In this document: positions 24,700-32,990 of the stretch, in pieces | Position numbering within the stretch: position 1 is the first letter of the stretch | Layout of the letters: the number at the start of each line of letters is the position of its first letter | DNA from: a bacterium | Lineage (GTDB): Bacteria; Patescibacteriota; Microgenomatia; UBA12405 | Assembly (NCBI GenBank): GCA_021817905.1 | Contig: JAKAFM010000003.1 | Location: 1-60,484, forward strand | DNA: 60,484 nucleotides | Direction: 5' to 3' | Translations under genes and position numbers: made by a program | The notes under the pieces: generated by a model | What the model was told of the DNA's origin: nothing | Database searches by the model: none | What the model saw: only the letters and a program-made list of their open reading frames with translations

Positions 24700-26913
24700 T
24701 CTATGTCTCAGACTACCAAAGAAATCCAATATGGTAACCAAACCATAAAATTAGATATTAACAAACTTGCTCCCCAAACTAATGCCTCAGTCATGGCTAC
24801 TATGGGCAAAACGGTCGTTTTGGCTACTGTTATGGCAGGCAAGGTCGACGAAACTAAAGATTATTTTCCCCTTTCTGTTGATTTTGTTGACAAACTATAC
24901 GCAGGTGGAATTATTAAAGGTGGTAAATGGATCAAACGTGAAGGTGGTCAATCCGATGGCGCCGTTCTTTTTAGTCGTATTATTGACCGATCGATCAGAC
25001 CACTTTTTCCTGAAGGCTTTCAACAGGAAGTTCAGGTTATCGTTACCTTATTATCAAATGATAAAGTCACTGACGTCGTCCCGGTTGCTTTCCTAGCTGC
25101 TTCAACTGCACTTTCAGTCTCTGACATTCCTTTTAATGGCCCTGATGTTGCGATTCGGGTTAGTCAAGTAAACGGTTTGTTAAAAGTCAATCCTACTTAC
25201 GAAGAATTTAAAAAATCAAATCTGGATCTTTTGGTCTGTACTTGCCCGGCTGGAGTTAACATGATCGAAGCAGGTGCTAAGATCGTTGACAATAAAACCA
25301 TGCTTGAGGCAATAACTTTAGCCAAAAAAACGGCCGATGATATTAATGCTGAAATCGTCAAAATTGTCGCCGAAGTTGGTAAACCAAAATTTGAATATAC
25401 ACCATTCTTACCGAGTCCCGAATTAGCCAAAGAAGTTGAAAATATCATCAAAACCGATGTCGAATATTTTCTTAATAATGGAGGAGATGTTAATGGTGGA
25501 AAAGCCGAAGAAAAAATTCTTGACAAGGCCGTCGAGGCATTTAAAGCCAAAATTGAATCAGGTGAGATTAGTGCCAACCTTATCAAAGCTGCTGCTGCCG
25601 AATACCTTCGTATTATCTTCCGTCAACGGGTAATGACTCGTAGTTATCGGTTTGATGGTCGCGCTGTTGATCAAATTCGTCCACTTCATATTGAAGCCGG
25701 AGTTCTTCCTTGTACTCACGGATCTGCCCTATTCCAGCGCGGTCTAACTCAAGCCTTAACCATTACCACCCTTGGTGCTCTCACTGATCAACAATATCTT
25801 CAAGACAGTTTTGGTGAAGTTCCCAAGCGCTACATCCACTATTATTCGGCTATGCCCTTTACTACCGGTGAAGCCGGAAAATTACAAGGCCGCCCAGGTC
25901 GACGTGAAATCGGACATGGTGCTCTTGCCGAAAAAGCATTGGAAGCGGTCATTCCCACCGAACAAGAATTTCCCTATACCATTATTTTAACTTCCGAAAT
26001 CATGTCCCAGAATGGTTCTTCTTCAATGGCCTCGACTTGCGGCTCAACCATGTCTCTCATGGACGCCGGTGTTCCCATCAAAGACAAGGTAGCTGGAATA
26101 TCAGTTGGTATGGTCTCTGATGGTGACGATAAATTTGTACTTCTCACCGACATTGCAGGTATTGAAGACCATAATGGCGATATGGATTTTAAAATTACCG
26201 GCACTCGGAATGGCATTACTGCCATTCAGCTTGATATTAAACGTCAGGGTTTGACTCTAGAGATGATTGCTCAAACATTCGATGCAAGTACCAAAGCTAG
26301 ACTATATATCCTAGACGAAATGGAAAAAGTTCTCTCAGCTCCACGCAACCAACTTTCCGTTTATGCTCCTAAGATCAAAATGGTTCAATTACCCGAAGAT
26401 AAAATTGGTGAAGTAATTGGTAGTGGTGGTAAAACCATCAAAGCGTTAATGCAAAAATACCAAGTTCAAATCGATGTTGATGATTTTGGTGCTGCTTCAA
26501 TCTCCGCTGTCAACCAGGATGATATCGACAATTGCGCCCACGAAATTGAGGCTATGATCAAGGATGTCGAAATCGGTGAAGAATATGAAGGCGTAGTTAC
26601 CAGAGTCGAACCATTCGGTGCTTTTGTTGAATTTTTGCCGGGTCGAGAAGCCTTGTTGCATGTCTCAGAAATGACCCAGGGTTTCCTCAGTGATCCTTCA
26701 TCGATTATCAAAGAAGGGGACACGCTCAAGGTCCAGATTGCTGGTTTCAACGATAATCATCAAATAAAATTAAGTGCTCACCAGTTTAAAGCTGCTCATC
26801 CTGGCGCCCCGCGTCCGGAAGGTGACCAAGACAACTTTCGGGCATCCCGACCCCAGCAGGGTAGTTTTCGTAATTTTCAATCCAATAACGGTCCCCGCCG
26901 TTACGGCAGATAA
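24700..26913 (+). CDS. pnp: Polyribonucleotide nucleotidyltransferase (PNPase)
   Basis: Two RNase PH domains, KH (GSGGKTIKAL) and S1 (GVVTRVEPFGAFVEF). Start taken at ATG 24700 (MSQTTKEIQYGN...); ATG 24676 is an alternative. Confidence 0.95.
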   Translation, partial: SMSQTTKEIQYGNQTIKLDINKLAPQTNASVMATMGKTVVLATVMAGKVDETKDYFPLSVDFVDKLYAGGIIKGGKWIKREGGQSDGAVLFSRIIDRSIRPLFPEGFQQEVQVIVTLLSNDKVTDVVPVAFLAASTALSVSDIPFNGPDVAIRVSQVNGLLKVNPTYEEFKKSNLDLLVCTCPAGVNMIEAGAKIVDNKTMLEAITLAKKTADDINAEIVKIVAEVGKPKFEYTPFLPSPELAKEVENIIKTDVEYFLNNGGDVNGGKAEEKILDKAVEAFKAKIESGEISANLIKAAAAEYLRIIFRQRVMTRSYRFDGRAVDQIRPLHIEAGVLPCTHGSALFQRGLTQALTITTLGALTDQQYLQDSFGEVPKRYIHYYSAMPFTTGEAGKLQGRPGRREIGHGALAEKALEAVIPTEQEFPYTIILTSEIMSQNGSSSMASTCGSTMSLMDAGVPIKDKVAGISVGMVSDGDDKFVLLTDIAGIEDHNGDMDFKITGTRNGITAIQLDIKRQGLTLEMIAQTFDASTKARLYILDEMEKVLSAPRNQLSVYAPKIKMVQLPEDKIGEVIGSGGKTIKALMQKYQVQIDVDDFGAASISAVNQDDIDNCAHEIEAMIKDVEIGEEYEGVVTRVEPFGAFVEFLPGREALLHVSEMTQGFLSDPSSIIKEGDTLKVQIAGFNDNHQIKLSAHQFKAAHPGAPRPEGDQDNFRASRPQQGSFRNFQSNNGPRRYGR

Positions 26914-26955
26914 ATTGAAACCAACCGATCCCAAATTGTGTATACTGAATAAAGT

Positions 26956-28017
26956 ATGGTCTCATTGAGTCTCGATATTAACCAGGAAATTCAAAATTTA
27001 ATCGATAAAACCACTAATGTTCAACTTCCTGATGGTTTGAGAGATAAATTAGAAGAAATATTTCAGCAACTAAGGGTTAATGCTCGAGCCGAAACTACGT
27101 TTTGGGAAAATTATCAACGAACCGCTAAATATATCGATTGGATTATCAGTTTACCCTGGAACAAACAAAGTCAGGACATTTTAGATATCAATTATACGCG
27201 TGAAAAATTGGACGAAAACCATTATGGATTAGGCGAAATTAAAGATCGAATTGTTGAATATATATCTGTTTTAGCCCTCCAAAAAAGCCGTCATCCTGGT
27301 GATAAAATGCGAGCTCCGGTGATTTTATTTCTCGGACTAGTCGGTACTGGCAAAACTACCATGGCCAAATCTATTGCTGATGTTATGGGTAGAAAATTAA
27401 TTCGCATCCCTTTTGGTGGTTTAGGTGACCCTCTTTATTTAAGAGGCCAATCGCGACTTTATCCAGAAGCCGAACCGGGAGCAATTATTCGCGGTCTTCG
27501 CGACGTTGGCGTAAATAATCCCGTGATTTTGTTAGACGAAATCGATCGCTGTGCCGATTCAGCGCTCAATACCATTATGGGAGTCTTAGTTGAACTACTC
27601 GATCCTGAGCAAAACAATAAATTCACTGACCACTATATTGATTATCCTTTTGATCTCTCCCAAGCTATGTTCGTTGCTACCTGTAATAACACTACACGAA
27701 TCGCTACCGCTGTGATGGATCGTGTTGAATTGGTTCAAATGCCCTCCTATACTGATGAAGAAAAAATTGCTATTGGTCGTGATTATTTACTTCCAAAAGC
27801 ACTCAAAGATGCTGGCCTAACCCCAAACGAGCTTCAAATTGACGATTCGGTTTGGCTCCAAGTTGTCCGACCTCTTGGCTTTGACGCCGGTGTTCGTACG
27901 CTTAAACGCAATATAGAAGGTTTATGCCGCAAAACCGCCGCTCTTATTTTTGAGGGTAAAATTCACAGCATAGTTGTTGATGAGTCAAATATTAAAAAGA
28001 TGATGCCCCAATGGTAA
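26956..28017 (+). CDS. Lon-like AAA+ ATPase module without N-domain or S16 protease domain
   Basis: 353 aa. LPWNKQSQD...LDENHYGLGEIKDRIVEY, Walker A GLVGTGKTT, Walker B ILLDEIDR, LLDPEQNNKFTDHY, ATCNN, DRVE and GVRTLKRNIE follow the LonA ATPase region. The ORF ends where the protease domain would begin. Confidence 0.8.
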   Translation: MVSLSLDINQEIQNLIDKTTNVQLPDGLRDKLEEIFQQLRVNARAETTFWENYQRTAKYIDWIISLPWNKQSQDILDINYTREKLDENHYGLGEIKDRIVEYISVLALQKSRHPGDKMRAPVILFLGLVGTGKTTMAKSIADVMGRKLIRIPFGGLGDPLYLRGQSRLYPEAEPGAIIRGLRDVGVNNPVILLDEIDRCADSALNTIMGVLVELLDPEQNNKFTDHYIDYPFDLSQAMFVATCNNTTRIATAVMDRVELVQMPSYTDEEKIAIGRDYLLPKALKDAGLTPNELQIDDSVWLQVVRPLGFDAGVRTLKRNIEGLCRKTAALIFEGKIHSIVVDESNIKKMMPQW

Positions 28018-28709
28018 AGTATCTCCTCACGTTAACTATGGTCGCCACGGCCTTTGTTATTCTTCTGGTTTCGCTCTATTCAACTTTCCCTCATCAAAAT
28101 TATTTGCCATCACCTCACAAAAATCCCTATGTAGTTTTAAATCCTTCTCCCTCGCCGCTTCCAACTACCACCCCCAAACATACGGATCAAACTCTTACTG
28201 ATCTTGAAATGAAAAAAGAACTTGAGAACTGGAAGTCTTACCAGCCCGATCTTAATGATCGCCAATGGATTGATGGCTTTTGTAGTGATAAATATTTTCC
28301 GGTAATAAACAAAGGATCCCTAAAATATAAAACTATCGAAGATCAGTTGGTATTTTTAACCCCTAATTATTTCAAGTGGACAGATAACTCAGTCAAAAAA
28401 ATTAACCAAGATCCCAATTCATTTATTTGTTCAATAAATACCATTATTCCTCTTAAGGCTTTTTCAGATAAAATTATTTGGATTCAATCAAATTGTGGTA
28501 TTTCAGGCGATAGTCATGATCCAACAATTGAGAAATGTTATGCCGTTAAACAACAAATGCAATTAATTTATGGGCTTTTTCAATGTCCAATTCAGTCTTG
28601 GGTCGATTGCCTACCCTCACCAAATTCGCCAACCAAAATTCAGTGTCAACCGGAATTTTTACAATGGGCCAAAACTAATTGTCCCAATTTTCAGGGAGCT
28701 GCACTTTAA
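28011..28709 (+). CDS. Hypothetical membrane-anchored, Cys-rich extracytoplasmic protein (232 aa)
   Basis: N-terminal TM, a PSPSPLPTTTP linker, then a domain with 8 Cys. Has a 7-nt overlap (ATGGTAA) with the Lon-like gene. Confidence 0.55.
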   Translation: MVKYLLTLTMVATAFVILLVSLYSTFPHQNYLPSPHKNPYVVLNPSPSPLPTTTPKHTDQTLTDLEMKKELENWKSYQPDLNDRQWIDGFCSDKYFPVINKGSLKYKTIEDQLVFLTPNYFKWTDNSVKKINQDPNSFICSINTIIPLKAFSDKIIWIQSNCGISGDSHDPTIEKCYAVKQQMQLIYGLFQCPIQSWVDCLPSPNSPTKIQCQPEFLQWAKTNCPNFQGAAL

Positions 28710-28714
28710 ACCAT

Positions 28715-29290
28715 ATGCCACTTACTAATTCCCAACAACTCGATTATGTCGCTACATTGATCACTGACTGCACCAAGTGTCCCCTTTATAAAACCGCCAC
28801 CCATTCTGTGCCTGGTTCCGGGAATCCTACCGCAGAAATTGTCTTTATTGGTGAAGCCCCCGGCTTTTTTGAAGACCAGCAGGGTTTGCCTTTTGTTGGC
28901 AACTCTGGTAAACTCCTAGACAAGCTTTTATTAACGATCAGTCTGAAAAGAGAAGAAGTTTTCATTGCCAACATTTTAAAACACCGGCCACCTGAGAACC
29001 GCGACCCACTCCCTGACGAAATCCGCGTTTGCACGCCCTATCTAAAAGCTCAATTAAAAATTATTAAACCTAAAATTATCATTACTTTGGGCAGATTCGC
29101 CATGAATTATTTTTTTCCAAACGAATCAATCTCCCGTATTAGAGGACAAATCAGATCACTAGTCTGGCAGGATTTACCGTTAACTATTATTCCTGTATAC
29201 CACCCTTCCGCGGGTTTGAGAAATGGCGCCATGCTCCAATCACTTACTGATGATTTTAAAACAATCGGCCAATTTTTAGGCCGAATCTAA
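28715..29290 (+). CDS. Uracil-DNA glycosylase, family 4
   Basis: 191 aa from ATG 28715. Contains DCTKCPL, GEAPG..ED..G.PFVG, and the NILKHRPP and HPS motif regions. Confidence 0.85.
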   Translation: MPLTNSQQLDYVATLITDCTKCPLYKTATHSVPGSGNPTAEIVFIGEAPGFFEDQQGLPFVGNSGKLLDKLLLTISLKREEVFIANILKHRPPENRDPLPDEIRVCTPYLKAQLKIIKPKIIITLGRFAMNYFFPNESISRIRGQIRSLVWQDLPLTIIPVYHPSAGLRNGAMLQSLTDDFKTIGQFLGRI

Positions 29291-29305
29291 ACAATTATAA
29301 AATAT

Positions 29306-31075
29306 ATGGAAATCAAACCAAAAACAAATCAATACCCGCCCCAGAAAACTTTTTCTGGAGCCCCAAACATTATTAAACAATTCAATTCTGGCCGTGACCA
29401 GGTGCGCATCAGCGCCCTTGGATGTTTCGGAGATGTCACCCAAAACATTTTCGTCTACGAATACGCAGCCGGTGGTGACTGGTCAAAAAGCCAAATGATT
29501 ATTGTCGACTGTGGTGTCGGCTTTCCTGAAGAGGACGCCTTTGGTGTCGATCTTCAAATTCCGGATACTAAATATCTCGAAGACAAAAAAGATCGTATTC
29601 TCGGAATCTTTATAACCCACGGTCACGAAGATCATATTGGTGCCGTACGATTCATTTTGCCGATAATCGGGAAAAATATTCCCATTTATGCACCTCGCTT
29701 GGCAGCCGCCTTTATTGAAGCAAAGTTATCGGAAACCGATATTCGAGCCAATATTACCGTTTACACCGACGGTCAATCATTTACTAAAGGCCCTTTTACG
29801 GTCGAACCTATCCGTGTTAACCACTCAATACCCGACACATTCCACTTTGCCATCAATACACCGCTGGGAACCCTTTATCATGGTTCAGATTTTAAATTCG
29901 ATCTTTTCCCCTTAGACGGCAAACACGCTGATCTTCAAAAAATCGCAGAAATTGGCCGTCGAGGCAATGTGATCTGTTTATTATCAGATTCACTCGGTTC
30001 CGACCACGAAGGTTTTTCCCCATCCGAACGAACTATCGCCGAAAATTTTGAGCACGAAATTAAAATTGCCAAAGGTCGTGTTTTTGTTACCTCAATATCC
30101 AGTAATATTGTCCGTTGGGGTCAAGCTATCGATTATGCCAAACGTTCCGGCCGAAAAGTCGTCGTTGTCGGTTTTTCTGTCGATCGCGCCATCCGGATTG
30201 CCAAAGAGCTTGGCTATATTAATCTCGCCGACACCGACATTGTCGATGTTGAGCGTGTTAAAAACTTCGCCGACAATAAACTTATATTCTTAGTGGCTGG
30301 CTTTGCCGGCCAACCGGAATCAGCCCTCAGTAAGATGGTTATGGGTAAACATCGGGTAAAAATAAAAGCAGGCGACAAAGTTATTTTCTCCTCACCTGAC
30401 TATATTCCGGGAACTACCAGTGGTATCTACACTATGATCGACAATCTTTCCAAGATGGGTGCCGAAGTTATGTATGGTGAAAAAGAAGAATTGCACGTCT
30501 CTGGTCATGGTTATCAAAAAGAACACGCCATTCTTATCCGTTTATTAACCCCCCGATTTTTGTGTCCGATCGGAGGCAATTTCCGACACATTATTAGCTA
30601 TCAACATATGGCCTCAACCATGGGCATGCCTGATTCCAGCTTTATTACTCCGGACTATGATTCTGCAGTAACTTTTACAGATAATGCCACTAAATTTAAC
30701 ATTAATTATCATATTCCCATGCGCAAGGTTCTTATCGATGGTCTGGGTATTGGTGATGTTGGAACCACCGTTCTTCGTGATCGCAAAATCTTGGCCGAGG
30801 AAGGTATGTTTTCAGTGGTTTTATTAGTTGATACTATCCATAACAAATTAGCTCAAGACCCGACTGTCTTAAGTCGCGGTTTTGTCTTTATGAAAGATAA
30901 CAATGATTTAATTGATTATTTAGCCGATCAGGCCAAATTAAAGTTCGTTGAATCCGCTGGTAATCCTTTAAACATGGAATATATCCGCGAACAAGTCCAA
31001 GGTCATTTGGAAAAATTAATTCTTGAAAAAACCGGCCGCCAACCAATGGTCTTACCGTTAGTTATTGAGGTTTAA
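29306..31075 (+). CDS. rnj: Ribonuclease J
   Basis: Metallo-beta-lactamase motif ITHGHEDHIGA, a beta-CASP region and a C-terminal domain. 589 aa. Confidence 0.9.
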   Translation: MEIKPKTNQYPPQKTFSGAPNIIKQFNSGRDQVRISALGCFGDVTQNIFVYEYAAGGDWSKSQMIIVDCGVGFPEEDAFGVDLQIPDTKYLEDKKDRILGIFITHGHEDHIGAVRFILPIIGKNIPIYAPRLAAAFIEAKLSETDIRANITVYTDGQSFTKGPFTVEPIRVNHSIPDTFHFAINTPLGTLYHGSDFKFDLFPLDGKHADLQKIAEIGRRGNVICLLSDSLGSDHEGFSPSERTIAENFEHEIKIAKGRVFVTSISSNIVRWGQAIDYAKRSGRKVVVVGFSVDRAIRIAKELGYINLADTDIVDVERVKNFADNKLIFLVAGFAGQPESALSKMVMGKHRVKIKAGDKVIFSSPDYIPGTTSGIYTMIDNLSKMGAEVMYGEKEELHVSGHGYQKEHAILIRLLTPRFLCPIGGNFRHIISYQHMASTMGMPDSSFITPDYDSAVTFTDNATKFNINYHIPMRKVLIDGLGIGDVGTTVLRDRKILAEEGMFSVVLLVDTIHNKLAQDPTVLSRGFVFMKDNNDLIDYLADQAKLKFVESAGNPLNMEYIREQVQGHLEKLILEKTGRQPMVLPLVIEV

Positions 31076-31171
31076 TAAGCTTAAATTGTATGACCAATAA
31101 AAATATTACAAATAAAATCTGCCCTAGATCCCCTCGCCGGGGAGTTTAAAGGGTCAAACATTTGACATTTT

Positions 31172-31202
31172 TATACCCCCTCCCTGGGGGGGGTATTTTT
31201 TT
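31172..31202 (+). terminator. Strong Rho-independent terminator downstream of rnj / upstream of proS
   Basis: ATACCCCC-(8-nt loop)-GGGGGTAT followed by a run of about 8 T. Confidence 0.75.
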
Positions 31203-31231
31203 GTTAACAAATTTATTTTTACAAAATAAGA

Positions 31232-31237
31232 TACAAT
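31232..31237 (+). promoter_or_regulatory. -10 box TACAAT 8 nt upstream of the proS ATG
   Basis: The sequence reads agaTACAATcaactcatATG. No convincing -35 was found. Confidence 0.35.
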
Positions 31238-31245
31238 CAACTCAT

Positions 31246-32958
31246 ATGCGCTATTCAAAACTGTTTGGCAAAACCACCAAAACCGTCACCAAAGACGCTG
31301 TTGCGGTTTCCCATAAATATTTACTCCAAGGCGGTTTTATTCGCCAACTCGCCGCTGGCCGCTACAGCCTACTACCTCTCGGTTTTATCGTCGCTAAAAA
31401 AATCGAACAGGTGATTCGAAATGAAGTCGAGAAAACTGGTGCCCAAGAAGTCATTGTTCCTACCCTTCATCCTATCGAGCTTTGGCAGCGGGCCAATCGC
31501 GATAAAAAATTTGGTCCGGCCATGATGCGCGTTAAAGATCGTAATAATTCCGAATTTACCCTTGGTGCCACTGCGGAAGTAGTTATGCTTGATCTCGTCG
31601 ATCAATTTAATGTCTCCTACAAAGACTTGCCCATCAATATCTACCAGTTTTCTCAAAAATTCCGCGATGAAGCTCGAGCCACCGGAGGTCTGCTCCGTGT
31701 CCGTGAATTTGTTATGAAAGATGGTTACTCCTTTCATCAAGACGAAACTGATTTAATGGTCACCTTCAACAACTATAAGCAGGCCTATATTAATATCTTT
31801 AAAAAACTTGAACTCGAAGCTATTCCCGTCGAAGCCGATAGCGGTGCCATTGGTGGCAATCTCTCCTACGAGTTTATGACCGAAACTGAGGTTGGCGAAG
31901 ATACTATCGCCAAATGTAACTGTGGCTATGTGGCCAATCTTGAAAAAGCCACCTTTATTAAACAGGTCATGAATGCAGGTCAAAAAAAAGAACCACTTGC
32001 CGAAGTTGAAGCTGTTCGGGGAGCCACCATGGAAGATGGCGTTGCCCTTCACAAACTGCCCCTATGGCAGCAAACTAAAGATGTCATGTTTGTCGATGAA
32101 ACGGGTCGGTTTATCCTCGCCTTAATTCGAGGTGACTTTAGCGTCAACGAAACTAAATTAAAAAATCTCGTCAATGCCACTGAGTTGCGTCATGCTACCG
32201 ATGAAGAAATTATCAATACCCTTCATTCCTATCCTGGTTTTATTTCTCCCGTTGGCATTAAAGAAAATCTTAACAAAGATACAAAATTTATTTTAGTTGC
32301 CGACGATTCAATTCGCACCACCATAAATATGTATGGTGGATCTAATCGTCAAAATATTGATTTATTAAATATTAATATTGATCGTGATTGGCATGCCGAT
32401 GTCGAAGGCGATATTGCCCAAGTTGAAAATGGCTTTTTATGTCCCCAGTGTAAAAAATGGGAACTTAAATTAGTTAAAGCCATCGAAAATGGCCATATTT
32501 TTAATATTGGCTATGTTTATAGTGAACCTATGAATTCTACCTTTGTTGGACAAGATGGAACTCTTAAAAAACTCTATATGGGGTCTTATGGCATCGGTAT
32601 CGGTCGCGCTTTAGCCACTATCGTCGAAACCCACCACGATGATAAAGGTATTATTTGGCCATCCCTCGTCGCTCCTTATCAAATCCACCTCCTTGCCTTG
32701 GATTTATCAGATAAAAATGTTCAGCTACAAGCCGATGAATTATATGAACAATTACTCAAAAAAAACCTTGAAGTTCTTTATGACGACCGTCCCGATATTA
32801 CTGCCGGATCAAAATTCGCCGACGCCGATCTTTTAGGAATTCCTAGCAGATTAGTCATCTCCAAACGTAGTCTCGATAAAGGCGGCATCGAAATCAAATT
32901 AAGAACATCTCCAAACAGTTCGGTCACTTCAATCAAAGAATATCTTTCTAGCGTCTAG
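31246..32958 (+). CDS. proS: Prolyl-tRNA synthetase (bacterial type with insertion/editing domain)
   Basis: 570 aa from ATG 31246 (MRYSKLFGKT...). Class II motifs (FRDE..ATGGLLRVREF; GSYGIGIGR). The track start 31162 lies inside the terminator region. Confidence 0.95.
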   Translation: MRYSKLFGKTTKTVTKDAVAVSHKYLLQGGFIRQLAAGRYSLLPLGFIVAKKIEQVIRNEVEKTGAQEVIVPTLHPIELWQRANRDKKFGPAMMRVKDRNNSEFTLGATAEVVMLDLVDQFNVSYKDLPINIYQFSQKFRDEARATGGLLRVREFVMKDGYSFHQDETDLMVTFNNYKQAYINIFKKLELEAIPVEADSGAIGGNLSYEFMTETEVGEDTIAKCNCGYVANLEKATFIKQVMNAGQKKEPLAEVEAVRGATMEDGVALHKLPLWQQTKDVMFVDETGRFILALIRGDFSVNETKLKNLVNATELRHATDEEIINTLHSYPGFISPVGIKENLNKDTKFILVADDSIRTTINMYGGSNRQNIDLLNINIDRDWHADVEGDIAQVENGFLCPQCKKWELKLVKAIENGHIFNIGYVYSEPMNSTFVGQDGTLKKLYMGSYGIGIGRALATIVETHHDDKGIIWPSLVAPYQIHLLALDLSDKNVQLQADELYEQLLKKNLEVLYDDRPDITAGSKFADADLLGIPSRLVISKRSLDKGGIEIKLRTSPNSSVTSIKEYLSSV

Positions 32959-32978
32959 ATTCTCTTGGTTAGTTTCTA

Positions 32979-32984
32979 TATACT
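32979..32984 (+). promoter_or_regulatory. -10 box TATACT exactly 6 nt upstream of the ftsK ATG
   Basis: The sequence reads tcTATACTgtattcATG. Confidence 0.45.
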
Positions 32985-32990
32985 GTATTC

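Noticed and set aside
24767-25586. Alternative-frame and antisense ORFs inside pnp (24767..25096 +, 25197..25586 -). Similar ones occur inside proS (31372..31740 -, 31753..32052 -), ftsK, rpoC and tuf.
   Set aside because: All are nested within strongly conserved genes. They lack start-site signals and have non-protein-like compositions.
31152-31165. The perfect 14-bp palindrome GTCAAAcaTTTGAC as a stand-alone transcription-factor operator.
   Set aside because: It is a single occurrence, no regulator gene is adjacent, and I saw no second copy in the window. It is kept only as part of the proS-leader observation.
31076-31245. A search for tRNA, tmRNA, SRP RNA, RNase P RNA or riboswitches in the largest non-coding gaps (31076-31245, 24582-24699, 58281-58376, 55809-55874, 43658-43718).
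   Set aside because: I found no cloverleaf-compatible arms, no GTTCGAATC-type T-loop, no CCA-proximal acceptor stems and no recognisable conserved ncRNA cores. The gaps are mostly too short. I cannot exclude a small novel sRNA without covariance-model scans (Infernal/Rfam, tRNAscan-SE).
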